This document shows positions 28,260-36,730 of a stretch of DNA of 64,000 nucleotides, one piece after another. The stretch lies in NCBI GenBank assembly GCA_023396045.1, contig JAEWXD010000002.1, positions 704-64,703 of the forward strand, in the 5' to 3' direction. Below the pieces are notes generated by a model. That model had not been told where the DNA came from. It was given only the letters and a program-made list of their open reading frames with translations, and did not search any database. Each line of letters starts with the position of its first letter. Position 1 is the stretch's first letter. This stretch comes from Bacillota bacterium (GTDB taxonomy: Bacteria; Bacillota; Clostridia; Christensenellales; Aristaeellaceae). Made by a program: the position numbers and the translations under genes.

Positions 28260-28296
28260 AATTTTAACAAAAAACAAAAATAGTGGAGGTTCGCTT

Positions 28297-28779
28297 ATGG
28301 CTTTCAAGCAAGAACAGTACGATGAACTGATGCAAGTTATTCAAGAAAATAGGCAAACACCTGGCCCTATAATGCCAGTTTTACAAAGAGCACAGGAAAT
28401 ATTTGGTTGTGTACCGGAGGATGTACAAAAAATCATAGCCAAAGAATTACATGTACCCCTTGCCGATATTTACGGCGTGGTTACTTTCTATGCCCAATTT
28501 ACACTTAAACCCAGAGGGCAATACACCATATCCGTATGCATGGGTACCGCTTGCTATGTAAAGGGTTCAGAAGCAGTGCTGAACCGTTTATCCAAAGAAT
28601 TGAACGTGCCCATTAACGGTACAACAGCCGATGGCAAGTACACCTTGCTTGCCACCCGTTGCCTGGGTGCTTGCGGCCTTGCCCCTGTTATGACCATAGG
28701 CCATGAGGTGTTTGGCAGGCTTAAAGCAGACGACATACCAAAAATACTGGCAGAACACAATGCAAAGCATAGCGCATAA
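28297..28779 (+). CDS. hydC: NuoE-like [2Fe-2S] subunit of the NADH-dependent [FeFe] hydrogenase (HydC)
   Basis: Cys pattern CMGTAC...CLGACGLAP. GGAGG precedes the ATG at 28297. The ORF-track start at 28228 is unsupported. Confidence 0.85.
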   Translation: MAFKQEQYDELMQVIQENRQTPGPIMPVLQRAQEIFGCVPEDVQKIIAKELHVPLADIYGVVTFYAQFTLKPRGQYTISVCMGTACYVKGSEAVLNRLSKELNVPINGTTADGKYTLLATRCLGACGLAPVMTIGHEVFGRLKADDIPKILAEHNAKHSA

Positions 28780-28796
28780 GCAGAGAGGGTATTTCT

Positions 28797-29156
28797 ATGA
28801 AAAAAACAATTGCAGAATTACAAGAAATCAGAGAACAAACGCTGCAGAACATTTTATTGCGCACCCATGCCGGTAGCCAAATACGCGTTATTGTAGCAAT
28901 GTCTGACTGTGGTATAGCAGCCGGCGCAAGGGAAGTTTGCAAAGCTTTTGTAGAAGAAATTAAGCGCAGAAATCTTAGCCATGTAAGCGTTACGCAACAA
29001 GCTTGCCAAGGCACTTGCCATTTAGAACCCATGGTGGAAATCCATGTAGAAGGGCAAGATGTAGTAAGCTATGTAAAAATCAAGCCTGAATACGTTGCCA
29101 AAATTGTAGAAGAACATATTGTTAACGGCAAGGCTGTAAAAGAGTACACCCTATAA
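28797..29156 (+). CDS. Small thioredoxin-like [2Fe-2S] ferredoxin-domain protein (HydD-like)
   Basis: MSDCGIAAGA and CQGTCHLEP motifs; sits between hydC and hydB. Confidence 0.7.
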   Translation: MKKTIAELQEIREQTLQNILLRTHAGSQIRVIVAMSDCGIAAGAREVCKAFVEEIKRRNLSHVSVTQQACQGTCHLEPMVEIHVEGQDVVSYVKIKPEYVAKIVEEHIVNGKAVKEYTL

Positions 29157-29170
29157 AGCAGGAGGAAAAT

Positions 29171-30970
29171 ATGGAATACTATCGTTCACACGTGCTGGTA
29201 TGCGGGGGCACCGGTTGCACCTCGTCTGGCTCTCCCAGCTTAATTAGCCGTTTTCAAGAACAATTGGCAGAACACAAATTAGAAAACGAAATTAAAATAG
29301 TCCGCACCGGTTGCTTTGGTTTATGCGAAGCCGGCCCGGTGGTTATTATATACCCGGAAGGCACTTTTTATAGCAGGGTAAAATTAGAAGATGTAGATAG
29401 AATTGTAAGCAAGCATTTATTACACGGTGAAATTATAGAGGATTTAATCTATAAACACGAAGAGCAGGCAGGCACAGGCGAAATAAAACATTCCATTGAT
29501 GAAATGCCGTTTTACAAAGACCAAATGCGTATTGCCCTGCAAAACTGTGGCCGTATAGACCCGGAACAAATTGATGAATACATTGCTTTTGACGGCTACA
29601 AAGCCTTAGAAAAATGCCTCACACAAATGACGCCTGACCAAGTAGTACAAGAAGTAATAGATTCCGGCCTACGTGGCAGGGGTGGCGGCGGTTTTTCTAC
29701 CGGTACAAAGTGGAAATTTACAGCCGGTGTAAAGGCAGAGCAAAAATATATTGTATGTAATGCAGACGAAGGCGACCCCGGCGCATTTATGGATAGATCC
29801 ATACTGGAAGGCGACCCTCATTCCATTATTGAAGCCATGAGCATTGCCGGCTATGCCGTTGGTGCAAGCGAAGGCTATGTATATGTGCGTTATGAGTACC
29901 CCATTGCTGTAAAGCGTTTACAGATTGCCATTGACCAAGCCCGTGAATATGGTCTGCTTGGCAAAAATATATTCGGTACAGATTTTAGCTTTGATATGTT
30001 TGTCCGCTTGGGTGCGGGTGCATTTGTATGTGGCGAAGAAACAGCCTTAATGACTTCTATTGAAGGCAACCGTGGTGAGCCGCGCCCACGCCCTCCATAC
30101 CCGGCCATCAAAGGTTTATGGCAATGCCCCACAGTTGAAAACAACGTAGAAACCTTTGCCAACATTCCACAAATTATCAACAAGGGCGCCGCTTGGTATA
30201 AGGGCATAGGTACCCCCAACTGTGCCGGCACAAAGGTATTTGCCTTGGGTGGTAAAATTAACAATACAGGGCTACTTGAAATCCCTATGGGTACTACATT
30301 GCGTAAAGTTATTTACGATATTGGTGGCGGTATTCCCAACGGCAAAAAATTCAAGGCTGTACAAACCGGCGGGCCATCCGGTGGCTGTATTCCGGAAAGC
30401 ATGTTAGACACGGCCATAGACTTTGACTCCTTGGTGCGCATAGGCTCCATGATGGGTAGTGGCGGTATGATTGTTATGGACGAAGACAACTGTATGGTAG
30501 ACATTGCTCGTTTCTATCTGGATTTTACCGTAGATGAAAGCTGTGGCAAATGTACCCCTTGCCGTGTAGGTACACGCCGTATGCTTGAAATATTGCAACG
30601 CATTGTAGAGGGCAAAGGTCAAGAAGGCGATATAGAAAAATTAGAAGAATTGGGCAATATGATTAAGTCCACTTCCCTTTGCGGCTTAGGTCAAACGGCA
30701 CCAAACCCTGTACTTTCTACCATTAAGCACTTCCGTCATGAATATGAAGCCCATATACGTGATAAAAAATGCCCTGCCCATCATTGCCAAGCTTTAAAGC
30801 AATACTATATACTCGGCAACTGTCGTGGCTGCACTGCTTGTGCAAGGGCTTGCCCTGTAGGTGCAATTACCGGCGCAGTAAAGGAACAACACAGCATAGA
30901 CCAAAGCAAGTGCATTAAGTGTGGTGCTTGTATGGAAAAATGCCGTTTTGCTTCCATTGAAATTCGATAA
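29171..30970 (+). CDS. hydB: NuoF-like FMN/NADH-binding subunit (HydB)
   Basis: GRGGGGFSTGTKW, ESCGKCTPCR, and a C-terminal 2x[4Fe-4S] ferredoxin domain (CRGCTACARACP, CIKCGACMEKC). Confidence 0.9.
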   Translation: MEYYRSHVLVCGGTGCTSSGSPSLISRFQEQLAEHKLENEIKIVRTGCFGLCEAGPVVIIYPEGTFYSRVKLEDVDRIVSKHLLHGEIIEDLIYKHEEQAGTGEIKHSIDEMPFYKDQMRIALQNCGRIDPEQIDEYIAFDGYKALEKCLTQMTPDQVVQEVIDSGLRGRGGGGFSTGTKWKFTAGVKAEQKYIVCNADEGDPGAFMDRSILEGDPHSIIEAMSIAGYAVGASEGYVYVRYEYPIAVKRLQIAIDQAREYGLLGKNIFGTDFSFDMFVRLGAGAFVCGEETALMTSIEGNRGEPRPRPPYPAIKGLWQCPTVENNVETFANIPQIINKGAAWYKGIGTPNCAGTKVFALGGKINNTGLLEIPMGTTLRKVIYDIGGGIPNGKKFKAVQTGGPSGGCIPESMLDTAIDFDSLVRIGSMMGSGGMIVMDEDNCMVDIARFYLDFTVDESCGKCTPCRVGTRRMLEILQRIVEGKGQEGDIEKLEELGNMIKSTSLCGLGQTAPNPVLSTIKHFRHEYEAHIRDKKCPAHHCQALKQYYILGNCRGCTACARACPVGAITGAVKEQHSIDQSKCIKCGACMEKCRFASIEIR

Positions 30971-30985
30971 TTAGGAGGAAGAACG

Positions 30986-32743
30986 ATGGCAGACCTCATC
31001 AAACTTACAATCGATGGTATTGAGGTAGAAGTACCCCAAGGAACTACCGTTCTGGAAGCCGCCGACAAACTGAATATTAAAATTCCAAGGCTTTGCTTTT
31101 TAAAAGAAATTAACGAAATCGGCGCTTGCCGTATGTGCGTGGTAGATACCGGTGCACGTGCCTTACAAGCCAGTTGTGTATTGCCTTGCACTAACGGTAT
31201 GGTGGTAAAAACCAATACCCCCGCCGTACGTGCCGCAAGGCGCATGAACTTGGAATTGCTTTTAAGCAACCACGATAAAAAATGCCTTAGCTGTGTGCGT
31301 AGCCAAAATTGCGAATTGCAAAAGCTATGTGTAGAATTAGACGTGCAGGACGGCAACCGTTTTGCCGGCGAAATGAGCAGCTTCGCTATTGACCAAGTAT
31401 CTCCTTCCATTGAAAGAGATAATAACAAGTGCATACTTTGCCGCCGTTGTGTAGCTGTATGTAAACACAACCAACATGTTGGTGTTATTGGTGCAATAGA
31501 CCGTGGTTTTAAAACACAAATTGCATCCCCTTGGGATATGAGCTTAGCACAAACTGCTTGTGTAAACTGTGGCCAATGCATAGTGCATTGCCCTGTTGGT
31601 GCACTGCGTGAACGCAGCGAAATAGAAAACTGTTGGCAAGCCATGGCAGACCCAAACAAGCATGTAGTAGTACAAACAGCCCCTGCTGTACGTGCTGCAT
31701 TGGGTGAAGAGTTTGGTATGCCTATGGGTACAGATGTAACCCAGCAAATGATAGATTCCCTGCACCGTTTGGGCTTTGCCAAAGTGTTTGATACCGACTT
31801 CGGTGCAGACCTTACCATTATTGAAGAAGCAGCAGAGCTGGTACACCGTGTGAAAAATGGCGGCACTATGCCCATGTCTACCTCTTGCTGCCCAAGCTGG
31901 ATTAAGTTCTGCGAAACCTATTACCCGGAATTTTTACCCCATGTAAGCACTTGCAAGAGCCCCCACCAAATGACAGGCGCTATGATTAAGAGCTACTATG
32001 CACAAAAAGAAGGTATAGATCCTAAGAGTATAGTAACAGTATCCATCATGCCATGCACAGCCAAGAAATTTGAAAAAAACCGCAATGAAATGGAAGTAGA
32101 TGGCCTACGCGATGTAGATATTGTGCTTACCACTCGTGAACTTGCCAAAATGATTAAACAAGCCGGTATAGACTTTGCCAAGCTCAATGATGGCAAAAGC
32201 TTTGATAAACTCATGGGCGACAGTACCGGTGCAGGTGTCATCTTTGGCGCAACCGGCGGTGTGGCAGAGGCTGCCCTGCGTACAGCTTATGAAACCATTA
32301 CCGGCGAAATATTACAAGATGTAGACTTCCACCCTGTACGTGGTATAGAAGGCTTAAAAGAAGCCACCATACAAATTGGCGAAATGAACTTGCATTGTGC
32401 TGTTGTAAACGGCCTGAGCAATGCAGCCAAAATGATGGATGCTATAAAAGCCGGCGAAAAACACTACGACTTTATTGAAGTAATGGCTTGCCCCGGCGGT
32501 TGCGTAAACGGTGGTGGTCAACCTATCATTACACCGGATGTGCGTGAAAAGTGCGACCCGCGCGCCGTACGTGCCTCTGCACTCTATAAAGCCGATGCCA
32601 ACATGCCTTTGCGTAAGAGCCATGAAAACCCAGAAATCAAGCTCATATACAAAGACTTCTTAACAGAAGCCGGTGGCCATGTGGCACATAGCCATTTGCA
32701 TACCCATTATGCAAGCCGCCCTCTGTATACAGACGAGCAATAA
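30986..32743 (+). CDS. hydA: [FeFe] hydrogenase catalytic subunit (HydA, multimeric/bifurcating type)
   Basis: H-cluster motifs TSCCPSW, MPCTAKKFE and EVMACPGGCVNGGG, plus N-terminal 2Fe-2S and 4Fe-4S domains. Confidence 0.95.
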   Translation: MADLIKLTIDGIEVEVPQGTTVLEAADKLNIKIPRLCFLKEINEIGACRMCVVDTGARALQASCVLPCTNGMVVKTNTPAVRAARRMNLELLLSNHDKKCLSCVRSQNCELQKLCVELDVQDGNRFAGEMSSFAIDQVSPSIERDNNKCILCRRCVAVCKHNQHVGVIGAIDRGFKTQIASPWDMSLAQTACVNCGQCIVHCPVGALRERSEIENCWQAMADPNKHVVVQTAPAVRAALGEEFGMPMGTDVTQQMIDSLHRLGFAKVFDTDFGADLTIIEEAAELVHRVKNGGTMPMSTSCCPSWIKFCETYYPEFLPHVSTCKSPHQMTGAMIKSYYAQKEGIDPKSIVTVSIMPCTAKKFEKNRNEMEVDGLRDVDIVLTTRELAKMIKQAGIDFAKLNDGKSFDKLMGDSTGAGVIFGATGGVAEAALRTAYETITGEILQDVDFHPVRGIEGLKEATIQIGEMNLHCAVVNGLSNAAKMMDAIKAGEKHYDFIEVMACPGGCVNGGGQPIITPDVREKCDPRAVRASALYKADANMPLRKSHENPEIKLIYKDFLTEAGGHVAHSHLHTHYASRPLYTDEQ

Positions 32744-32776
32744 TAAACAAACCGCCAAGTTGGTGGTTCTCTGTAT

Positions 32777-32805
32777 AAAAAACGCCTTTTTGCAAGGCGT
32801 TTTTT
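32777..32805 (+). terminator. Terminator of the hyd operon
   Basis: ACGCCTT-tttgc-AAGGCGT followed by T5. Confidence 0.85.
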
Positions 32806-32839
32806 ATATGCCATTATTGAAAGCCTTCAATTAGTACAA

Positions 32840-32862
32840 ACAAAAAAGCCCAGTAGGGCTTT
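32840..32862 (-). terminator. Terminator of the convergent minus-strand operon
   Basis: On the minus strand: AAGCCC-tact-GGGCTT followed by TTTTG. It overlaps the stop codon. Confidence 0.7.
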
Positions 32863-33544
32863 ATCCAATAAAATCAAAGGCATCTCTTATTTGTTTATCA
32901 CATTGTTCCAACAAGTCAAGTATTTGCTTATGCCTTTGCTCTATATCATGCAAAAATCGTGGTACGGATTTATCTTGTTCTGTACAATTTTCCGGATAAA
33001 TTACTTCTAAAGCATCGTGATACTTATCCGATAGCTTCTGTAAATTAGCAGTATTTGAAAGTAAGTTTTGCATTTTCTTTTTACACTCCCTAATACAAGC
33101 AAGTTCATCTTCTAATGCAATGCATACGTCCTCTAAATACTCTTCAGACGCCTGTGTTTCATAATATTGAGGTTCATTGCTCTCTTCTTGATTTAAATTT
33201 GCAATATCATCCAGTTCTACAAAACCATCATCTTCTACGCTTGTATTGGCTTTACCGCCAAACATTTCTTCAATAATAAGGGTTGCACTTTCTATTTCTG
33301 CATATTTTACAAAAAACTGCACTCTGTCCATTGCTGTGCCCAAAATACTTGCCAAGCCTTTTTCCAATTGCGTGGTAAATTGAATTTTTTGTTGCATAAG
33401 TACATTGGCGAACATACCTGCAAATTCATTGCCTAAGGAAATAACAAACACTTCGTTCTCCGGCTTTACAGCATGCAATTGCCGGTTACCGCAATGCACA
33501 CATATACTGCCTTCATTTAAATGTTTACAACGGTTGCAATACAT
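32861..33544 (-). CDS. Zinc-ribbon protein with a DUF2007-like (PII-fold-like) middle region and an acidic helical C-terminus; function unknown
   Basis: N-terminus MYCNRCKHLNEGSICVHCGN (CxxC-x10-CxxC); an acidic stretch EDDGFVELDD..EESNEPQYYE. Confidence 0.55.
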   Translation of the reverse strand: MYCNRCKHLNEGSICVHCGNRQLHAVKPENEVFVISLGNEFAGMFANVLMQQKIQFTTQLEKGLASILGTAMDRVQFFVKYAEIESATLIIEEMFGGKANTSVEDDGFVELDDIANLNQEESNEPQYYETQASEEYLEDVCIALEDELACIRECKKKMQNLLSNTANLQKLSDKYHDALEVIYPENCTEQDKSVPRFLHDIEQRHKQILDLLEQCDKQIRDAFDFIG

Positions 33545-33553
33545 AAAACACTC

Positions 33554-34324
33554 CTACTGTACAGCAAAAAACTGCAACAATTCTTCTTCTGTAAGGCTAT
33601 ATGCGCCTTGTTCCTTATATTTTTCTGTTAGTAACGCAAAGCCACCTTGCTTATGAAAGTTCTCAATAAATGCATTGATAGGTGCAATATGGGCGCTCCC
33701 CTTAGGGAAGGCAATACCCCATTGCTCTACTTGCTCGTGCAATACAAATGCATGTGTACTATCTTGCCATTGCTGTTGTGCATCCAGCACCGGATAGGCA
33801 TCATACAATAACGCATCTACACTACGGTTTACCACAGCTTGCACAGCCTCTTCCACATTGCTATAATGGGCAATCGTTGCTTTGGGGAACAATGATTGCG
33901 CTTTATCTTGTGTAGAGCTGCTCAGTATTACAGCAATGTTGATTTTCGTTTCTTGCAGGGCTTGCAAGCTTTCAAATTCATTGCTGCTCAGTATAGCAAT
34001 ATCGCTTTGTGCATACGGCCTTGAAAAATCTACAACGGCCTTGCGTTTATCTGTAATCGCCAAAGAGGATATTACCATATCCACCTGCCCGGTTTGCAAA
34101 GCAGGCAACAAGCCTTCCCACGATAGTTTTTTGAACTCTATTTCCATATTCGCTTGTATGGCATAGGCTTGCAAAAAATCTATAGAGATACCTTGTAGGG
34201 TTTCATTTTCCATATATTCAAATGGCGCATAGGTAGGGTTTACCCCAACCACCAATTTTTGGCTCGCATTTGCATTAGAAAACAGCAATACAAATGCAAG
34301 CAAACATAAAATCCACTTTTTCAT
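33554..34324 (-). CDS. Amino-acid-type (family 3) ABC substrate-binding protein; orphan, with no permease or ATPase nearby
   Basis: Signal peptide MKKWILCLLAFVLLFSNANA; SBP_bac_3-like pattern (VGVNPTYAPFEY...DMVISSLAITDKRK). Confidence 0.8.
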   Translation of the reverse strand: MKKWILCLLAFVLLFSNANASQKLVVGVNPTYAPFEYMENETLQGISIDFLQAYAIQANMEIEFKKLSWEGLLPALQTGQVDMVISSLAITDKRKAVVDFSRPYAQSDIAILSSNEFESLQALQETKINIAVILSSSTQDKAQSLFPKATIAHYSNVEEAVQAVVNRSVDALLYDAYPVLDAQQQWQDSTHAFVLHEQVEQWGIAFPKGSAHIAPINAFIENFHKQGGFALLTEKYKEQGAYSLTEEELLQFFAVQ

Positions 34325-34454
34325 AACTCACTCCTAAACTTAGTATACACTTTTTTAAAAGCAGTCGCAAAAAAATTAGAATATTTTTACATATATTACA
34401 ACGCATCATTCTTCTGTTTTTACAAACAAGAAAACCAATTATTTATCCAATTAC

Positions 34455-34477
34455 ATAATAACATTTATTGTTATTAT
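34455..34477. promoter_or_regulatory. 23-bp palindrome ATAATAACA-tttat-TGTTATTAT overlapping a minus-strand TATAAT (34481-34476)
   Basis: 9-bp perfect arms, ~150 nt upstream of the SBP start. Confidence 0.4.
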
Positions 34478-34570
34478 TATAGCTATGTCTTGCCTAAGGC
34501 AATATTACCGCTCAAAACATTTTGAGTATTCGTTAATTATATATTTTTAACAATTAAGTTTATTGCAAAT

Positions 34571-34602
34571 AAAAAACAAGGGCGGCTCTCTGGACACCCT
34601 TG
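34571..34602 (-). terminator. Rho-independent terminator ~150 nt downstream of the RraA-like gene
   Basis: On the minus strand: CAAGGG-14 nt-CCCTTG followed by T6. Confidence 0.8.
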
Positions 34603-34752
34603 CTCAATCTAACTTGTAGCAAGTACAAATAAGATCTACACCCGAATCAATCATAGCATACAATTTATATTTTTGCAAGCAAGATTTATTTTTTTCACTT
34701 CTTTTTTTATATTTTTACTAAAATTTTCAAAGCCTACGCAAACCTTGTAATT

Positions 34753-35391
34753 TTATTTTTGCAAATATTTTTTCAGGCATACAATATCATAGGTATCCCA
34801 TTTTTTTCTATCTAACAGATCGAACCAAATATCTTCTTGTTCTTCAATAAATTCTAATTTTTTCAAAAATTCTTCTGTTACCATGTGGGGCGGAATCACC
34901 ACTACACCGCTATCATCACAAACGGCAATGGCACCATCATACATGGCTTTTCGTTCTTGCAAAACATCTTCAGGAAATGCTTTGGTAGGTTTGGTATTAA
35001 ATGTACCTATGGGGGTTACGCCATTGCACCAAACAGGGTACTTGTTTTTAATAAGATCATTGGCATCTCGCATAGGGCCGGTACACACAATGGCGGCACA
35101 GCCTTGGTAAAGCACACAATATTTGGCAACCAGTTCACCAAATGCTGCCCTATCACCACAATCAAACATCTCTACGAGGGCAATTTCTCCTTCTTTAATA
35201 TCTCTAAGTTGTTCATGCAAAGGCCAATTGCTTTCTTCGTAAGCATATACCCATTTTACAGGGCCAACGGCGAACATACCGGAATTTAAGGCCTTTGCGC
35301 CTTTCACTTCACCGGTTTTACCCATACAATCCGCCACCTCTGTGGTACTTACACGGTTACGGCGAATAAATTCTATTATTTTTGCTTGCAT
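34753..35391 (-). CDS. RraA-family protein (RraA/HMG-aldolase fold) with a ~50-aa C-terminal extension
   Basis: Motif DRAAFGELVAKYCVLYQGCAAIVCTGPMRDANDL..PVWCNGVTPIG. GGAAG ribosome-binding site. Confidence 0.7.
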   Translation of the reverse strand: MQAKIIEFIRRNRVSTTEVADCMGKTGEVKGAKALNSGMFAVGPVKWVYAYEESNWPLHEQLRDIKEGEIALVEMFDCGDRAAFGELVAKYCVLYQGCAAIVCTGPMRDANDLIKNKYPVWCNGVTPIGTFNTKPTKAFPEDVLQERKAMYDGAIAVCDDSGVVVIPPHMVTEEFLKKLEFIEEQEDIWFDLLDRKKWDTYDIVCLKKYLQK

Positions 35392-35400
35392 ATTGCTTCC

Positions 35401-36618
35401 TTACTGCACTTGTATAGTGCGATTGATATATTGATCTATTTCAGCAAGTTCTTCCTTACTATCAGCAAAGGCAATATAATAGCCCGGGCGATTTGTACCA
35501 TTTTGCGCACGCATCATAGTTTCCCCTATGCTATGGTTAATGCATACATCCAGTACATTTGGGTGGGCTAACACTTCTTCTATACCGGAAATACTTTGTA
35601 TTACAAATGCATCTTGATTGCTAAACTGGCTATGCTCAAAAAACTTCATAATAGCATAAGGATGGGTTGGCAAAGTTTTTTGTAAAACATCTACTTTTTC
35701 ACCCATGGCTTGCCTTACATAGTGGGCTAAATTGTCTACGCCACTAAGCACCGGCACAATATGAGAGGATATTCCATTGCCACCTCCACGGTTGCTCATT
35801 TCTATTAAATAAAACTGCCCGTTGTGCCATTTATATTCATTGTGGGTAAGGCCCATTTGTGCGCCGGTGCTTTCCATGAGCCTGTTGTTTTGCTCTATAA
35901 AGGCTTCATAGTTATACTCTTGGTCATGCATAGAAAAAAACAGTTCACTGGCAATACTTTTATTATATGCATAATGGCGCTTTTTGCTAATGGCTAAGCT
36001 ATGGTGTTTGCCATTAATAAATATACCGTCTATGGTAAATTCCCTGCCATCGCTTGTACCGCCATCCATAAATTCCTCTGCAATCACCAATTTATCGCCA
36101 TGTGCAAAAGATTGACTAATCGGGAATTTTTCGTGCAGTTCATTCGTTGTATGTATGAAGAACACACCGCGGCTTGCTTGGGAATTTTGTGGTTTAATAA
36201 CAATTTTGCTCTTCCCTTGCATAAAGGCCTGTGCATCTTCTACGGTTTTGCAAGCTGCAAAGTTCGGTGCATAAAAGCCATGTGTCTTACAGTGTTGCCG
36301 CATTTGAATTTTATCTTGAAATAAGTCGGCAATAGCAAGCCCATTGCTTGGCAAATGCAAACGCTCTGCAATACTTGCCACGGTGTGCATGGAAATATCG
36401 CTTTGGTCGCTCACGACGGCATCTATATGATGTTCTTGGGCAATTTGCATATTACGCTCCACATTAAGCACATCAGCTACAAAACTTTGCTCTGCATAGG
36501 CAAAAGCCGGGCTATCCGGGTATAGGTTACTACACAGCAAATGATGCCCTAATTCTTTTATTTTTTTCGCCAGTGGCACTTGCCATTTTCCGCCGGCTAC
36601 AAGCATTACTTTCTTCAA
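35401..36618 (-). CDS. ATP-grasp enzyme (carboxylate-amine / L-amino-acid-ligase-like)
   Basis: Pre-ATP-grasp N-domain (MLVAGGKWQVPLAKKIKELG), KIVIKPQNSQASRGV, and Mg site LIEMSNRGGG. A TTG at 36618 after GAAGGTGA is the preferred start; the ORF-track start is GTG at 36627. Confidence 0.75.
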   Translation of the reverse strand: MKKVMLVAGGKWQVPLAKKIKELGHHLLCSNLYPDSPAFAYAEQSFVADVLNVERNMQIAQEHHIDAVVSDQSDISMHTVASIAERLHLPSNGLAIADLFQDKIQMRQHCKTHGFYAPNFAACKTVEDAQAFMQGKSKIVIKPQNSQASRGVFFIHTTNELHEKFPISQSFAHGDKLVIAEEFMDGGTSDGREFTIDGIFINGKHHSLAISKKRHYAYNKSIASELFFSMHDQEYNYEAFIEQNNRLMESTGAQMGLTHNEYKWHNGQFYLIEMSNRGGGNGISSHIVPVLSGVDNLAHYVRQAMGEKVDVLQKTLPTHPYAIMKFFEHSQFSNQDAFVIQSISGIEEVLAHPNVLDVCINHSIGETMMRAQNGTNRPGYYIAFADSKEELAEIDQYINRTIQVQ

Positions 36619-36730
36619 AAAAATCACCTTCTATAGTTATTTTAAACACTATGGAAACAATTGTCAAACAAGCCATTCATTTACTTTTTATAATATTTTT
36701 GCTATACTGAATATGGAAAAGGGGGTTACT

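Noticed and set aside
30805-31875. 356-aa ORF on the minus strand spanning the hydB-hydA junction
   Set aside because: It is antisense to two genes with unmistakable catalytic motifs. It has a Ser/Ala/Cys/Thr-rich composition typical of shadow frames, no ribosome-binding site, and it crosses an intergenic spacer. I treat it as a codon-bias artefact.
34603-34650. 16-codon minus-strand ORF (MIDSGVDLICTCYKLD) as a possible precursor peptide for the ATP-grasp enzyme (graspetide-type RiPP)
   Set aside because: It has no Shine-Dalgarno sequence. It is too short, lacks the Thr/Ser plus Asp/Glu-rich core typical of graspetide precursors, and the ATP-grasp protein looks like an amino-acid-ligase type rather than an MdnB/C type.
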